From Pasteurella multocida (lineage in GTDB: Bacteria > Pseudomonadota > Gammaproteobacteria > Enterobacterales > Pasteurellaceae), in the NCBI RefSeq assembly GCF_900187275.1, contig NZ_LT906458.1, positions 750,001 through 782,000 of the forward strand: a DNA stretch of 32,000 bases. The letters run 5' to 3'. Each line of letters begins with the position of its first letter. Position 1 is the stretch's first letter. Below the pieces are notes generated by a model. It worked only from the letters and a program-made list of their open reading frames with translations, did no database searches and was not told the origin of the DNA. The position numbers and the translations under genes are program-made. Shown here piece after piece: positions 1 to 8,979 of the stretch.

Positions 1-1434
1 TTTCCTATCGAAGATGAGAACTTATTGCCTAATGGGCTTTTAAATCAAGAATTGCTTGATTATTACGATCCACAACAAGAATTAACACCGCAATTATTAG
101 TGGATTTGCAATCCAGTCATTACGATCGCGGCATTGTCGCCATGCCTTATGTACGTCAATCGGATCAAACAACAGTTTACATTCCACAAAGTATCATTGC
201 TAACCTATACGTTTCCAATGGTATGTCTGCTGGAAACAGTAAATTTGAAGCACGAGTCCAAGGCTTATCGGAAGTTTTTGAACGCCATATTAAAAATAAA
301 ATTATTGCTGAAGCAATCAGCCTGCCATTAATTCCTGCCGAAGTGATGGCTCGTTTCCCAACGATCCAAGCTGCTATTGCGAAATTAGAACAAGAAGGTT
401 TCCCTATTTTAGCTTATGACGCGTCATTAGGCGGAAAATACCCCGTGATTTGTGTGATTTTACTCAATCCTAATAATGGTACCTGCTTTGCCTCTTTTGG
501 TGCTCATCCTCGTTTTCAAGTAGCACTCGAAAGAACCGTTACCGAATTATTACAAGGGCGTAGCTTAAAAGATCTTGATGTGTTTACGCCACCTTCTTTC
601 AATCATGAGGATGTAGCAGAACACGCCAATCTTGAAACACATTTTATTGATTCCAGTGGTCTTATTTCTTGGGATCTCTTTAAATCTGACGCAGATTATC
701 CATTTGTTGACTGGGATTTTTCGGGGAGCACGGCTCAAGAATATGACAACTTGATGGCGATTTTCCAAGCAGAACAAAAAGAAGTTTATATCATGGATTA
801 TAATCATTTAGATGTGTATGCCTGTCGAATTATTGTACCCGGCATGTCCGACATTTACCCTGTGGACGACTTAATTTATGCCAATAACAATATGGGCATG
901 GATTGGCGAGAAATTTTGCTTGATTTACCGCACTTTCACCATGATCAACACACTTATCAAGAATTGTTAAGTGAGTTAGATGAACAAGGCATTGATGATG
1001 CGACTCGTGTGCGTGAATTTATTGGGATTGTCGCCCCCCCTAAATCGGGTTGGTCAACGTTGCGGATTGGTGAGTTAAAATCGATGTTGCATTTAGCCCT
1101 TGGTGAATTAGACGCTGCACTGGACTGGGCAAATTGGACATTAAATATGAACAGCTCTGTCTTCACTGCTGAGCGCGCTAACTATTATCGTTGCTTGATC
1201 AACAGTATTGAGCTATTCCTCGATAAATCTCGCCAACCTGAACAATACCGCATGGTATTTGAAAAAATGTACGGACAACGTGCAGTCGAAATAGCTTGGC
1301 AAGCCGTACAAGGCGGGAATCCGTTTTATGATCTCCTTGCTGATGATGAACATTTACACCAATTCCAAGCACACCAGAAACTGCTTCAGGCGTATGAAAA
1401 ATTACAAAAAGCCAAGCGTGAAAATTGGAAATAA
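1..1434 (+). CDS. ycaO: YcaO-type protein, C-terminal ~477 aa (5' end lies left of the window)
   Basis: Frame 1 is open from base 1 (FPIEDENL precedes the TTG where the ORF track starts). The product is collinear with E. coli YcaO as I recall it (YVSNGMSAGN, RVQGLSEVFER, LGGKYPVICV, GAHPRFQVALERTVTELLQG, ACRIIVPGMSDIYP, ERANYYRCL). Stop TAA at 1432-1434 is followed by a terminator hairpin. Confidence 0.9.
   Translation, partial: FPIEDENLLPNGLLNQELLDYYDPQQELTPQLLVDLQSSHYDRGIVAMPYVRQSDQTTVYIPQSIIANLYVSNGMSAGNSKFEARVQGLSEVFERHIKNKIIAEAISLPLIPAEVMARFPTIQAAIAKLEQEGFPILAYDASLGGKYPVICVILLNPNNGTCFASFGAHPRFQVALERTVTELLQGRSLKDLDVFTPPSFNHEDVAEHANLETHFIDSSGLISWDLFKSDADYPFVDWDFSGSTAQEYDNLMAIFQAEQKEVYIMDYNHLDVYACRIIVPGMSDIYPVDDLIYANNNMGMDWREILLDLPHFHHDQHTYQELLSELDEQGIDDATRVREFIGIVAPPKSGWSTLRIGELKSMLHLALGELDAALDWANWTLNMNSSVFTAERANYYRCLINSIELFLDKSRQPEQYRMVFEKMYGQRAVEIAWQAVQGGNPFYDLLADDEHLHQFQAHQKLLQAYEKLQKAKRENWK
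927..935 (-). other. Uptake signal sequence core (Hin-type, AAGTGCGGT)
   Basis: The plus strand reads ACCGCACTT. Located inside ycaO. Confidence 0.8.
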
Positions 1435-1444
1435 GATGAAAACG

Positions 1445-1472
1445 AAGGATGTCAGACCTGACATCCTTTTTC
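1445..1472 (+). terminator. Rho-independent terminator after ycaO
   Basis: AAGGATGTCA (1445-1454), loop GACC, TGACATCCTT (1459-1468), then a T run. Confidence 0.7.
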
Positions 1473-1554
1473 ATTTGTGATCTAGTGCAAAGAAATCTTT
1501 TTCATTTCATGTTATTTTGATAACGATACTTTATCTGATAATAGGAGTTTTCTT

Positions 1555-1968
1555 ATGCAAAATTGGACAACTGAAATGTGGCAAGCAGCGGGTATTGGCT
1601 TAGTTATTGGGTTGATCCTAGGTTACTTATTCTTACGTCTTACTAAAGGTTCGGTGAAAAAACAACTTCAAACGGAAACTGAATTACAGAAAGTCAAAAA
1701 TCAATTAGATAACCAAAAACAACAGCTTGAAAAACACTTTTCAGAAAGTGCCGAACTTTTGAAAAACATTGCCCAAGATTATCAAAAGCTGTATAAGCAT
1801 TTAGCAACCTCCTCAACGACATTATTGCCAGAATTAACCAATAATCCGTTATTCTCATCACATTTAATTACGACTGAACATGTGGATAAACATGACCAGC
1901 AAAATAAAGATGAACAACCTAGAGATTATTCTGAAGGTTCATCTGGTTTACTAAAAAACGATAAATAG
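1555..1968 (+). CDS. zapG: Z-ring associated membrane protein ZapG/YhcB (DUF1043)
   Basis: N-terminal transmembrane helix (AAGIGLVIGLILGYLFL), a coiled-coil region, then SAELLKNIAQDYQKLYKHLATSS and PRDYSEGSSGLL. These match the E. coli YhcB motifs SAELLDTMAHDYRQLYQHMAKSS and PRDYSEGASGLL. AGGAG lies 7 nt upstream of ATG 1555. Confidence 0.85.
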   Translation: MQNWTTEMWQAAGIGLVIGLILGYLFLRLTKGSVKKQLQTETELQKVKNQLDNQKQQLEKHFSESAELLKNIAQDYQKLYKHLATSSTTLLPELTNNPLFSSHLITTEHVDKHDQQNKDEQPRDYSEGSSGLLKNDK

Positions 1969-1973
1969 TCTAT

Positions 1974-2008
1974 AAAATCTACCAAGTCGCCTACTTGGTA
2001 GATTTTTT
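1974..2008 (+). terminator. Rho-independent terminator after zapG
   Basis: AAAATCTACCAAGT (1974-1987), loop CGCCT, ACTTGGTAGATTTT (1993-2006), with the T run continuing to 2008. Confidence 0.75.
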
Positions 2009-2194
2009 CTTTTATCAACGCACCATTTCATACATAATAATCCCCCTAACACTTCGTTTTATTAACCATTTATTCATTCTCTAAAAGGCAGTTACGAAAA
2101 TGAACAATTCACTTCTCAATTAATCTCTTCTTTCTTATAGAGCAAGTGTTCTAACACTTTGCTTAGCATGTTGTACAATAATTTAACGGAGTAA

Positions 2195-2899
2195 ATGATG
2201 AAAAATCAGCTTACCAAATTAAAATGGTTTGATATTGCTATCTTAACCCTCATTCTGTTTTCCTATGCCATTTATGCTTCCTTTCTTCATTATGCTATGC
2301 CATTGGAAGGGAATAATTATGCCGATATCACGACTTTTTCAGCAGAAGATAATGTAGGAGCCTTTATTCAACAAAGTCTCTTATTATTCTTGGCATTTTT
2401 ATATTTAAAATGGCGAAATTTTCATTTCGGCGTATGGAATATTGGGTTTTCTTTTCAAGCAATCGGAAAAGGGATTGTATTGTTTATCATTGTCGCCCTG
2501 TGTATGGATCTTTATTTCATCCTGTTAAATGCTTTTCTAGATTTTTCCTATGTTGAAGAGACATTAAACACAGAAAGCATAGCGCACTTTGCTTGGATTA
2601 ATTTCCCGCTGATCCCTTATGCTATGTTGAATGGGGTCTATGAAGAACTCTTTTTCTTAGGTGTCTGCTTAAGCGTTGATCGTAAATATCTCCCTATCGC
2701 CTTTATTTATTCGCTGATTATTCGTGTGAGTTTCCATACTTACCAAGGCATGGAAACTGCGATTGGCATCGGTTTAATACTGGGTAGCCTCTTTTTTCTG
2801 CTATACCAAAAATCAAAAAAGAAGGATCTCTTTCCTTTCTTTGTTGCCCATGCCATTGCCGATGTTTTTGGCGCTGGCATCATCAGTTATTTTTATTAA
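2195..2899 (+). CDS. CPBP family intramembrane glutamic endopeptidase (CAAX protease/Abi-like), polytopic membrane protein
   Basis: Multiple hydrophobic segments. The three CPBP motifs occur in order: EE-x-x-F (YEELFFLG), F-x-x-x-H region (VSFHTYQG) and H-x-x-x-D (AHAIADV). GGAG lies upstream of ATG 2195; ATG 2198 is an alternative start. Confidence 0.75.
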   Translation: MMKNQLTKLKWFDIAILTLILFSYAIYASFLHYAMPLEGNNYADITTFSAEDNVGAFIQQSLLLFLAFLYLKWRNFHFGVWNIGFSFQAIGKGIVLFIIVALCMDLYFILLNAFLDFSYVEETLNTESIAHFAWINFPLIPYAMLNGVYEELFFLGVCLSVDRKYLPIAFIYSLIIRVSFHTYQGMETAIGIGLILGSLFFLLYQKSKKKDLFPFFVAHAIADVFGAGIISYFY

Positions 2900-2906
2900 G
2901 GCAAAA

Positions 2907-2936
2907 AATAACGCAAGTCAGATGACTTGCGTTATT
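2907..2936. terminator. Bidirectional terminator between the convergent CPBP gene and the DUF695/RraB-like gene
   Basis: Perfect 13-bp stem: AATAACGCAAGTC (2907-2919), loop AGAT, GACTTGCGTTATT (2924-2936). An A run lies on the left and a T run on the right. Confidence 0.75.
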
Positions 2937-2969
2937 TGCGATTCGATTAGATAAAAACAATAAAACCTA

Positions 2970-3743
2970 TTAATTGAGTTGCTCTTGAGTCTTAATAGCG
3001 TCGCATTCCCAGCCTGCATATTCACCTGAAAATTGATTCGCGATATCTTCAAACTGTTCCACATAGTTAAAAATCTGACTGTTATCTAAGCTCAACTCCT
3101 GCTCTAATCTCACCAAATAAACCGGTTCATCCTCTTCGAGCATAACAGGCAACTGACTATATTGCATGGAAACCAGTGTAATAGACTGCGAGTGAAGATA
3201 ATCCATAAACGCAAACATATTTGCTTCTTCTTCAAAACGAAAGCTATGCTCAATCGTATAAAGCGCTGCAAGATCACGACCATTTTTTGTTAACAGTTCC
3301 AGCACTTCTTCGGTGGCATGAATTTTCATTTCCAAAGGTGAAGGTAATAAGAAGTCAAAATAAATGTCCCAATGTGGATCATATTGAATCTCAATAGCAG
3401 AAATTTCCTCAAATTGTTTAAGTACTTCTAAAAAGGGCTCCGTGTTATCACAATAAAAATAAAGCTGTGCATGACCTGCCGATAGCACATGTCCTGCATA
3501 TAACGTGTCAGGTAATGCACTTAATTGTGTCCATAATTTCACAATCTGACGCATTAATGTTTGATAAAAACTCGGATCTGGCAATTCATTCTCATCCAAC
3601 ATCGCATACGGAAATTTAAACTGTATGATGTTATGGCTTTTCGGCGAGGGGAATTGATGTAATACCTCAAGATTCACTGAAAAAATCGCCAGTTTCTCAT
3701 TCAGTACAGAACGATAATTTTGCCAGCTTTGTCCTTTATCCAT
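2970..3743 (-). CDS. Uncharacterised two-domain protein: N-terminal DUF695-like region plus C-terminal RraB-like (regulator of ribonuclease activity B fold) domain; H. influenzae HI0040-type family
   Basis: The C-terminal half aligns with E. coli RraB as I recall it (LAALYTIEHSF vs DALYTIEHHL; EYAGWEC vs EYDGWGT). It starts 9 bp downstream of the xthA stop on the same strand, with AAGG about 8 nt upstream of the ATG. Confidence 0.75.
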   Translation of the reverse strand: MDKGQSWQNYRSVLNEKLAIFSVNLEVLHQFPSPKSHNIIQFKFPYAMLDENELPDPSFYQTLMRQIVKLWTQLSALPDTLYAGHVLSAGHAQLYFYCDNTEPFLEVLKQFEEISAIEIQYDPHWDIYFDFLLPSPLEMKIHATEEVLELLTKNGRDLAALYTIEHSFRFEEEANMFAFMDYLHSQSITLVSMQYSQLPVMLEEDEPVYLVRLEQELSLDNSQIFNYVEQFEDIANQFSGEYAGWECDAIKTQEQLN

Positions 3744-3752
3744 GCGAGTACC

Positions 3753-4556
3753 TTATTTAAATACTGCCCAAACCGGTGCATGATCAGAAGGTTTTTCCAT
3801 TGCACGGATATCCAACGCAATCCCTGTTTCAACACAGCGTGCTGCTAGAGCATGGTTTGCAATAATATGATCAATACGTAAACCACGATTATCATCAAAC
3901 CCTTTTGAGCGATAATCAAACCATGAAAATTGATCGTTCACATCCGGATTTAAATGACGGAAAGTGTCCACTAAACCGTAGCCATATAAACGGTTCATCC
4001 ATTCTCTTTCTTCCGGTAAAAACGAACATTTGCCCGTGCGTAACCAACGTTTACGATTTTCATCACCAATCCCAATATCCAGATCTGTCGGACTAATATT
4101 CATATCGCCCATAATAATAATCGGATTATTGGCATTGTGATCCTGTTCTAAATACTGTTGTAAATCCGCATAAAATTTCTCTTTAGCGGGGAATTTAGTT
4201 TCATGAGCGCGACTTTCGCCTTGTGGAAAATAACCATTAATCACTGTTAATAAGCCAAAATCTGTTTCTAAATCCGCCATAATAATGCGTTTTTGAGCTT
4301 CTTCACTGTCTGTTGGAAACCCTTTACGTACCGCTTTAGGCGCTTGCTTGGTTAACAACGCAACACCGTAGTGTCCCTTTTGACCATGATGAAAAACATG
4401 GTAGCCCAAATGTTCAACCAGTTCATAAGGGAACATTTCATCTGCCACCTTAATCTCTTGCAATCCCAACACATCGGGTTGGTATTTCTCAATCACCGCC
4501 TCTAGTTGATGCGGTCTTGCTCTCAATCCATTAATATTAAAAGAAATGACTTTCAT
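3753..4556 (-). CDS. xthA: Exodeoxyribonuclease III
   Basis: [21 protein letters not shown]..., [26 protein letters not shown] and [10 protein letters not shown] are ExoIII/EEP hallmarks. The 267-aa length matches XthA. The ORF-track start at 4643 adds 29 non-homologous residues, so I chose M30. Confidence 0.93.
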   Translation of the reverse strand: MKVISFNINGLRARPHQLEAVIEKYQPDVLGLQEIKVADEMFPYELVEHLGYHVFHHGQKGHYGVALLTKQAPKAVRKGFPTDSEEAQKRIIMADLETDFGLLTVINGYFPQGESRAHETKFPAKEKFYADLQQYLEQDHNANNPIIIMGDMNISPTDLDIGIGDENRKRWLRTGKCSFLPEEREWMNRLYGYGLVDTFRHLNPDVNDQFSWFDYRSKGFDDNRGLRIDHIIANHALAARCVETGIALDIRAMEKPSDHAPVWAVFK

Positions 4557-4688
4557 GCCTAAATTTCCTAATTCATCATTAGATAAAGTCAGCATTATAC
4601 TGTGATCTCGTGTATTGCCAAAGCAATAAAAACATTCTGTCATTACCCCTTAGCTTTTCACTGTCCCCCCTATCAGCATTTTTTGCAA

Positions 4689-4710
4689 AAATGTGATCTG
4701 TGTCTAGTAA
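4689..4710 (+). promoter_or_regulatory. Candidate CRP site (strong left half only) upstream of acs
   Basis: AAATGTGATCT GTGTCTAGTAA. The left 11 nt equal the CRP consensus AAATGTGATCT; the right half is weak (TCTAG vs TCACA). It lies about 100 bp upstream of acs ATG 4803. E. coli acs is CRP-activated. Confidence 0.25.
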
Positions 4711-4802
4711 CATCTCATTAACAATGATTGATCATTTTTAAAACATCTTTTACAGTGAAAAATGTGCCAAAAGAATCCTTTACTCACCCAAACGGAGGAA
4801 CT

Positions 4803-6764
4803 ATGCCGCATAATTCAATGTTAAAAGAAAATCGTCTTTTCAAACCAACAGATGAATTTCGTCGCCAAGCCAATATTTCGGGCTTAGAAACCTATCAAGC
4901 GCTTTGGGAATTTGCTGACAAAGATTATCTCACCTATTGGAGTGATCTGGCGCGTGAATTAATCACTTGGAAAAAGCCTTTTATGCACATCTTCGATGAT
5001 TCAGAAGCACCTTTCTATAAATGGTTTTCTGATGGCACTTTAAATGTGTCCTATAACTGTTTAGATCGCCACTTACCAGATAAAGCAGATAAAACCGCGC
5101 TAATTTTTGAATCAGATTTTGGTCAAGTCCAACTCTATACTTACGTCAAATTACATAATCGCGTTTGCCGTTTTGCTAATGCATTGCGTGAATTAGGGAT
5201 CAAAAAAGGGGATCGGGTCATTATTTATTTACCCATGCTAGTGGAAGCCGTGATTGCGATGCAAGCTTGTGCCCGTATCGGTGCGGTTCATTCAGTGGTA
5301 TTTGGTGGTTTTTCTGCCAGCGCACTACGTGATCGGATTGAAGATGCTGAAGCCAAATTAGTGATTACCGCGAATGCTGGATTACGTGGTGGTAAAATTA
5401 TTCCACTTAAAGAGACCGTGGATGAAGCTTTAGAAATGGGCTGTAAAACAATTGAAAATGTTATCGTCTTTCACCGAGTGAATATTGATACCCCGTGGAA
5501 AAAAGGGCGTGATCTCTGGTGGAATGAACTTACTGCAAACCAACCCGCTTTCTGTGAGCCAGAATGGATGAATGCGGAAGACCCGCTATTTATTTTATAC
5601 ACCTCGGGATCAACGGGTAAACCGAAAGGCATTGTACACAGTACTGGTGGTTATTTATTAGGTGCATTAAATTCGTTTCGCAATGTGTTTGATAATAAGC
5701 CAAATGATATTTTCTGGTGTACGGCAGATGTTGGCTGGATCACGGGACATTCTTATGTCTGCTATGGTCCGCTCGCCAATGGCGCAACACAGGTAATTTT
5801 TGAAGGCGTACCGACTTATCCAGATCCGGGACGGATTTGGCGAATGATACAACGTCACAAAATTAATGTATTTTACACCTCACCGACTTTAATTCGTTCA
5901 TTGACACGCTTAGGCGACCATATCCCCAATAAGTATGATTTATCTTCACTACGCTTACTTGGCAGCGTGGGCGAACCAATTAACCCATCGGCTTGGATGT
6001 GGTTTTATGAAGTGGTTGGTAAAAGTCGCTGTCCAATTGTTGATACTTGGTGGCAGACAGAAACCGGCTCGATTATGCTCGCACCGATACCCGGCGTAAC
6101 CGCAACCAAACCAGGTTCTTGTACCCTGCCATTACCGGGTATTATGGCAGAGGTGTTAGATGAAAATGGTCAAAAATGTGCGGTAGAACAAGGCGGTGCG
6201 CTCGCTATTAAACGTCCATTCCCATCGATGTTACGCACGATTTGGAATGATCCTGAACGTTATAAATCTACCTATTTCCCTGCGGAATATGGCGGCAAAT
6301 ACTACATCGCAGGCGATAATGCCCATCGCGATAAAGACGGGTATTTTTGGATTCTTGGACGCACAGATGATGTGCTTAATGTCTCAGGACATCGACTTGG
6401 TACCATGGAAATTGAATCTGCGCTCGTCGCCAGTCCAAAAGTGGCTGAAGCGGCAGTGGTCGGTAAGCCAGATGAGATCAAAGGGGAAGCAATTGTTGCT
6501 TTTGTGGTGCTGAATGATTTCCGTCCAGAAGGTGAAGAAGCACGTCAGCTGGCAGAAGAACTCAAAGCCTGGGTATCCAATGAAATTGGTAAAATTGCCC
6601 GTCCTGAAGATATCCGCTTTGCCGATAACTTACCAAAAACACGCTCAGGCAAGATTATGCGTCGTTTATTGCGATCTATCGCCAAAAACGAAATGATCAC
6701 TCAAGATATTTCCACCTTAGAAAATCCACAGATCATCGGTCAATTACAACAACAATGGCTTTAA
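4803..6764 (+). CDS. acs: Acetyl-CoA synthetase (AMP-forming)
   Basis: Full-length similarity to Acs: [14 protein letters not shown]-binding motif, [28 protein letters not shown], and the catalytic Lys context [16 protein letters not shown] lies 5 nt upstream of ATG 4803. The track start TTG 4728 is a non-homologous extension. Confidence 0.95.
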   Translation: MPHNSMLKENRLFKPTDEFRRQANISGLETYQALWEFADKDYLTYWSDLARELITWKKPFMHIFDDSEAPFYKWFSDGTLNVSYNCLDRHLPDKADKTALIFESDFGQVQLYTYVKLHNRVCRFANALRELGIKKGDRVIIYLPMLVEAVIAMQACARIGAVHSVVFGGFSASALRDRIEDAEAKLVITANAGLRGGKIIPLKETVDEALEMGCKTIENVIVFHRVNIDTPWKKGRDLWWNELTANQPAFCEPEWMNAEDPLFILYTSGSTGKPKGIVHSTGGYLLGALNSFRNVFDNKPNDIFWCTADVGWITGHSYVCYGPLANGATQVIFEGVPTYPDPGRIWRMIQRHKINVFYTSPTLIRSLTRLGDHIPNKYDLSSLRLLGSVGEPINPSAWMWFYEVVGKSRCPIVDTWWQTETGSIMLAPIPGVTATKPGSCTLPLPGIMAEVLDENGQKCAVEQGGALAIKRPFPSMLRTIWNDPERYKSTYFPAEYGGKYYIAGDNAHRDKDGYFWILGRTDDVLNVSGHRLGTMEIESALVASPKVAEAAVVGKPDEIKGEAIVAFVVLNDFRPEGEEARQLAEELKAWVSNEIGKIARPEDIRFADNLPKTRSGKIMRRLLRSIAKNEMITQDISTLENPQIIGQLQQQWL

Positions 6765-6779
6765 GCCGAACAAACAAAA

Positions 6780-6805
6780 AGCACCTTGTTCTGACTCAAG
6801 GTGCT
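6780..6805. terminator. Bidirectional terminator between convergent acs and folE
   Basis: AGCACCTTG (6780-6788), loop TTCTGACT, CAAGGTGCT (6797-6805). A run of A on the left gives a T tract for the minus strand; the right flank is T-rich. Confidence 0.7.
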
Positions 6806-6824
6806 TTAGTTATATTGACGCCCA

Positions 6825-6833
6825 AAGTGCGGT
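6825..6833 (+). other. Uptake signal sequence core
   Basis: AAGTGCGGT in the acs/folE intergenic region, just right of the terminator hairpin. Confidence 0.8.
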
Positions 6834-6858
6834 CGGTTTCTAGAAAGTTTTAACGCAC

Positions 6859-7515
6859 TTATTTATTAATTAAGGTTAAAAACTCTTTACGCGTTTCACG
6901 GTCATCTAAAAAGACACCACCAAATGCAGATGTCACTGTATAACTGTTGGTATCTTTAATGCCACGGCATTTCACGCAGAAATGAGTAGCCTTCACATAC
7001 ACCGCCACATCGTCCGTTTCTAAAATCGTTTGGAATGCCAACAAAATTTGTTCAGTCAAACGCTCTTGTACTTGTGGACGTTGCGCAAAAAACGCCACGA
7101 TACGATTAATTTTAGACAACCCAATAACCCATTTTTTCGGGTAATACGCCACCGAAACCATCCCATCAATGGTCACAAAATGGTGTTCACAAGTACTGGT
7201 TAACGTCACGTCATTCACCAACACCATTTCACTGACTTTCATACGATTTTCAATGTTAGTAATTTTCGGGAAATTCGCATAGTCTAACCCACTGAAAATT
7301 TCATCAACAAACATTTTCGCCAAACGTACGGGGGTTTCTTCTAAACTATCATCACGTAAATCTAACCCAATCAGCTTCATCACTTCACGCATATGTTGTT
7401 CAATCCCCGCTCGACGCGTATCTCTGTCTTGTTCTGGGGTAATCATTGGGGTTTCAATCCCCTTACTTAATAATGCGTTGCGGACTTTTTCTGCTTCTGG
7501 TGAAATCTTGTTCAT
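6859..7515 (-). CDS. folE: GTP cyclohydrolase I
   Basis: [20 protein letters not shown], and RPQVQERLT are FolE type I signatures. 218 aa from [10 protein letters not shown], with GGGAG upstream of ATG 7515. The track start at 7542 adds 9 residues. Confidence 0.93.
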   Translation of the reverse strand: MNKISPEAEKVRNALLSKGIETPMITPEQDRDTRRAGIEQHMREVMKLIGLDLRDDSLEETPVRLAKMFVDEIFSGLDYANFPKITNIENRMKVSEMVLVNDVTLTSTCEHHFVTIDGMVSVAYYPKKWVIGLSKINRIVAFFAQRPQVQERLTEQILLAFQTILETDDVAVYVKATHFCVKCRGIKDTNSYTVTSAFGGVFLDDRETRKEFLTLINK

Positions 7516-7714
7516 GTAAAACTCCCGATAAATAATCCGCACATTCTAGCAAACTCTCGCCAAAGTACAAATGAGAATAATTGGTAGAGAGGATGAAAAG
7601 TTTTAGAAATATGGTGCTCTGGGCGAGACTTGAGCCTGAAAAAAGGAATACATTAAACTCACGCTCACATAAAATGTAAACAAAGTATGAGAAAAAGAGA
7701 TCATCCTGCGTTTT

Positions 7715-7723
7715 TGGTATAAA
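7715..7723 (+). promoter_or_regulatory. Candidate extended -10 promoter element for moeAB
   Basis: TGGTATAAA (TG-n-TATAAA) lies 35 bp upstream of moeA ATG 7758. Confidence 0.35.
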
Positions 7724-7757
7724 ATATTGCCCGTTAAACTCAACTAAGGATTCAATT

Positions 7758-8978
7758 ATGTTGCCTCTTGAACAAGTACTGACTCAAATGCTCGCTATGT
7801 TGCCAACACCAGATTGTGCGCAAGCCGAACAACTCCCCCTTCAACACGCGGTGAATCGCATTTGTGCTGAGGATATCATTTCCCCGCTTAACGTGCCCTC
7901 ATTTGATAACTCGGCGATGGACGGCTATGCGGTGCGGCTGGCAGATTTAGCACAAAATTTAACTCTCGCGGTCGCAGGAAAGTCCTTTGCGGGCGCACCT
8001 TTTGACGGGGAATGGCAAACACAAAGCATGGTCAGAATTATGACAGGAGCAATGTTGCCGGCGGGTGCGGATGCGGTGGTGATGCAAGAAGACGTGATCG
8101 TCAATGAGGATGGTACAGTCACTTTCCCTGAAAAGATTAAAGCCGGTCAAAATATTCGCTACATTGGCGAAGATGTCAAACAAGGTGAAGTGGTATTGAA
8201 TAAAGGAAGCGTGTTAAATGCAGTTTCCTTACCCTTACTCGCCTCATTAGGCATAGATAACGTCAAGGTCTTTCCACGTTTGAAAGTAGCTGTGCTTTCG
8301 ACTGGTGACGAACTTGTGCCGGTAGGACAACCGCTGAAAGAAGGTCAAATTTACGACACTAACCGTTTTACGATTCAATTGTTACTGGAAAAGCTCAATT
8401 GTGAGATTCTGGATTTCGGTTTATTACCGGATAACGAGCAAGAATTTGAAAAAGCCTTTATTGAGGCTCAACAGCAAGCGGATTTGGTGATCACAAGCGG
8501 TGGCGTTTCTGTGGGTGAAGCAGATTTTACCAAAAAAGTGCTTGAAAAAGTCGGTCAAGTGAATTTCTGGAAAATTGCGATGAAGCCGGGTAAGCCTTTT
8601 GCCTTTGGTCGATTAAAAAACGCCTGGTTCTGTGGTTTACCGGGTAATCCTGTGTCGGCATTGGCAACTTTTTATCAATTAGTACAACCGGTGATTGCCA
8701 AATTAAGTGGTTATAGCCAGTGGAAAGCGCCGCAACACTTGACAGCCATTGCAGTAACCAAGATGAAAAAAGCACCGGGGCGTTTAGATTTCCAACGTGG
8801 TTTCTATCAAGTGAATGCCCAAGGGCAAATTGAGGTGCAACCCGTTGGTTTTCAAGGTTCACATCTTTTTAGCTCTTTTGTGAAAAGTAACTGCTTTATT
8901 GTGCTAGAGCGTGAACGTGGCAATGTGGAAGCGGGCGAAACGGTCACAATCGAGCCATTTAACCATCTAATGAGTTAA
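7758..8978 (+). CDS. moeA: Molybdopterin molybdenumtransferase
   Basis: NVPSFDNSAMDGYAV, RIMTGAMLP-GADAVV, STGDEL, ITSGGVSVGEADF, and KIAMKPGKP...GLPGNPVS are MoeA/gephyrin-E hallmarks. AAGGA is the RBS. Confidence 0.93.
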   Translation: MLPLEQVLTQMLAMLPTPDCAQAEQLPLQHAVNRICAEDIISPLNVPSFDNSAMDGYAVRLADLAQNLTLAVAGKSFAGAPFDGEWQTQSMVRIMTGAMLPAGADAVVMQEDVIVNEDGTVTFPEKIKAGQNIRYIGEDVKQGEVVLNKGSVLNAVSLPLLASLGIDNVKVFPRLKVAVLSTGDELVPVGQPLKEGQIYDTNRFTIQLLLEKLNCEILDFGLLPDNEQEFEKAFIEAQQQADLVITSGGVSVGEADFTKKVLEKVGQVNFWKIAMKPGKPFAFGRLKNAWFCGLPGNPVSALATFYQLVQPVIAKLSGYSQWKAPQHLTAIAVTKMKKAPGRLDFQRGFYQVNAQGQIEVQPVGFQGSHLFSSFVKSNCFIVLERERGNVEAGETVTIEPFNHLMS

Positions 8979-8979
8979 T

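Noticed and set aside
4557-4643. N-terminal extensions offered by the ORF track: xthA 4557-4643, acs 4728-4802, folE 7516-7542, ackA 13233-13379, rnd 18018-18041, slp 20422-20484, yoaA 23111-23125 and yhbY 24777-25190.
   Set aside because: In each case homology starts at an internal ATG with a good Shine-Dalgarno sequence. The extension is non-homologous, often begins at TTG or GTG, and overlaps promoters, terminators or a neighbouring gene.
4723-4736. Palindrome AATGAT-TG-ATCATT upstream of acs, reminiscent of a Fur box core.
   Set aside because: The spacing and length do not fit the 19-bp Fur consensus (GATAATGATAATCATTATC). There is no iron-related gene context.
7593-7679. Small intergenic ORFs: a 28-codon basic peptide (MKSFRNMVLWARLEPEKRNTLNSRSHKM) at 7593-7679, a 7-codon ORF at 2100-2123, and a 16-codon ORF near 12594-12644.
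   Set aside because: They have no properly spaced RBS and no recognisable family. They sit in AT-rich promoter regions where short ORFs arise by chance. Nothing in them resembles a toxin-antitoxin pair or a leader-peptide attenuator.
7543-7757. Possible Moco riboswitch in the 242-bp region upstream of moeA (GAGCC...AAAGGAA and a TCTCGCC/GGCGAGA pairing caught my eye).
   Set aside because: I cannot reconstruct the multi-stem Moco motif from this sequence. A good extended -10 (TGGTATAAA, 7715-7723) lies downstream of the element, so it would not be in the moeA leader. The conserved-looking part is better explained as a tRNA 3'-end-like fragment on the opposite strand.
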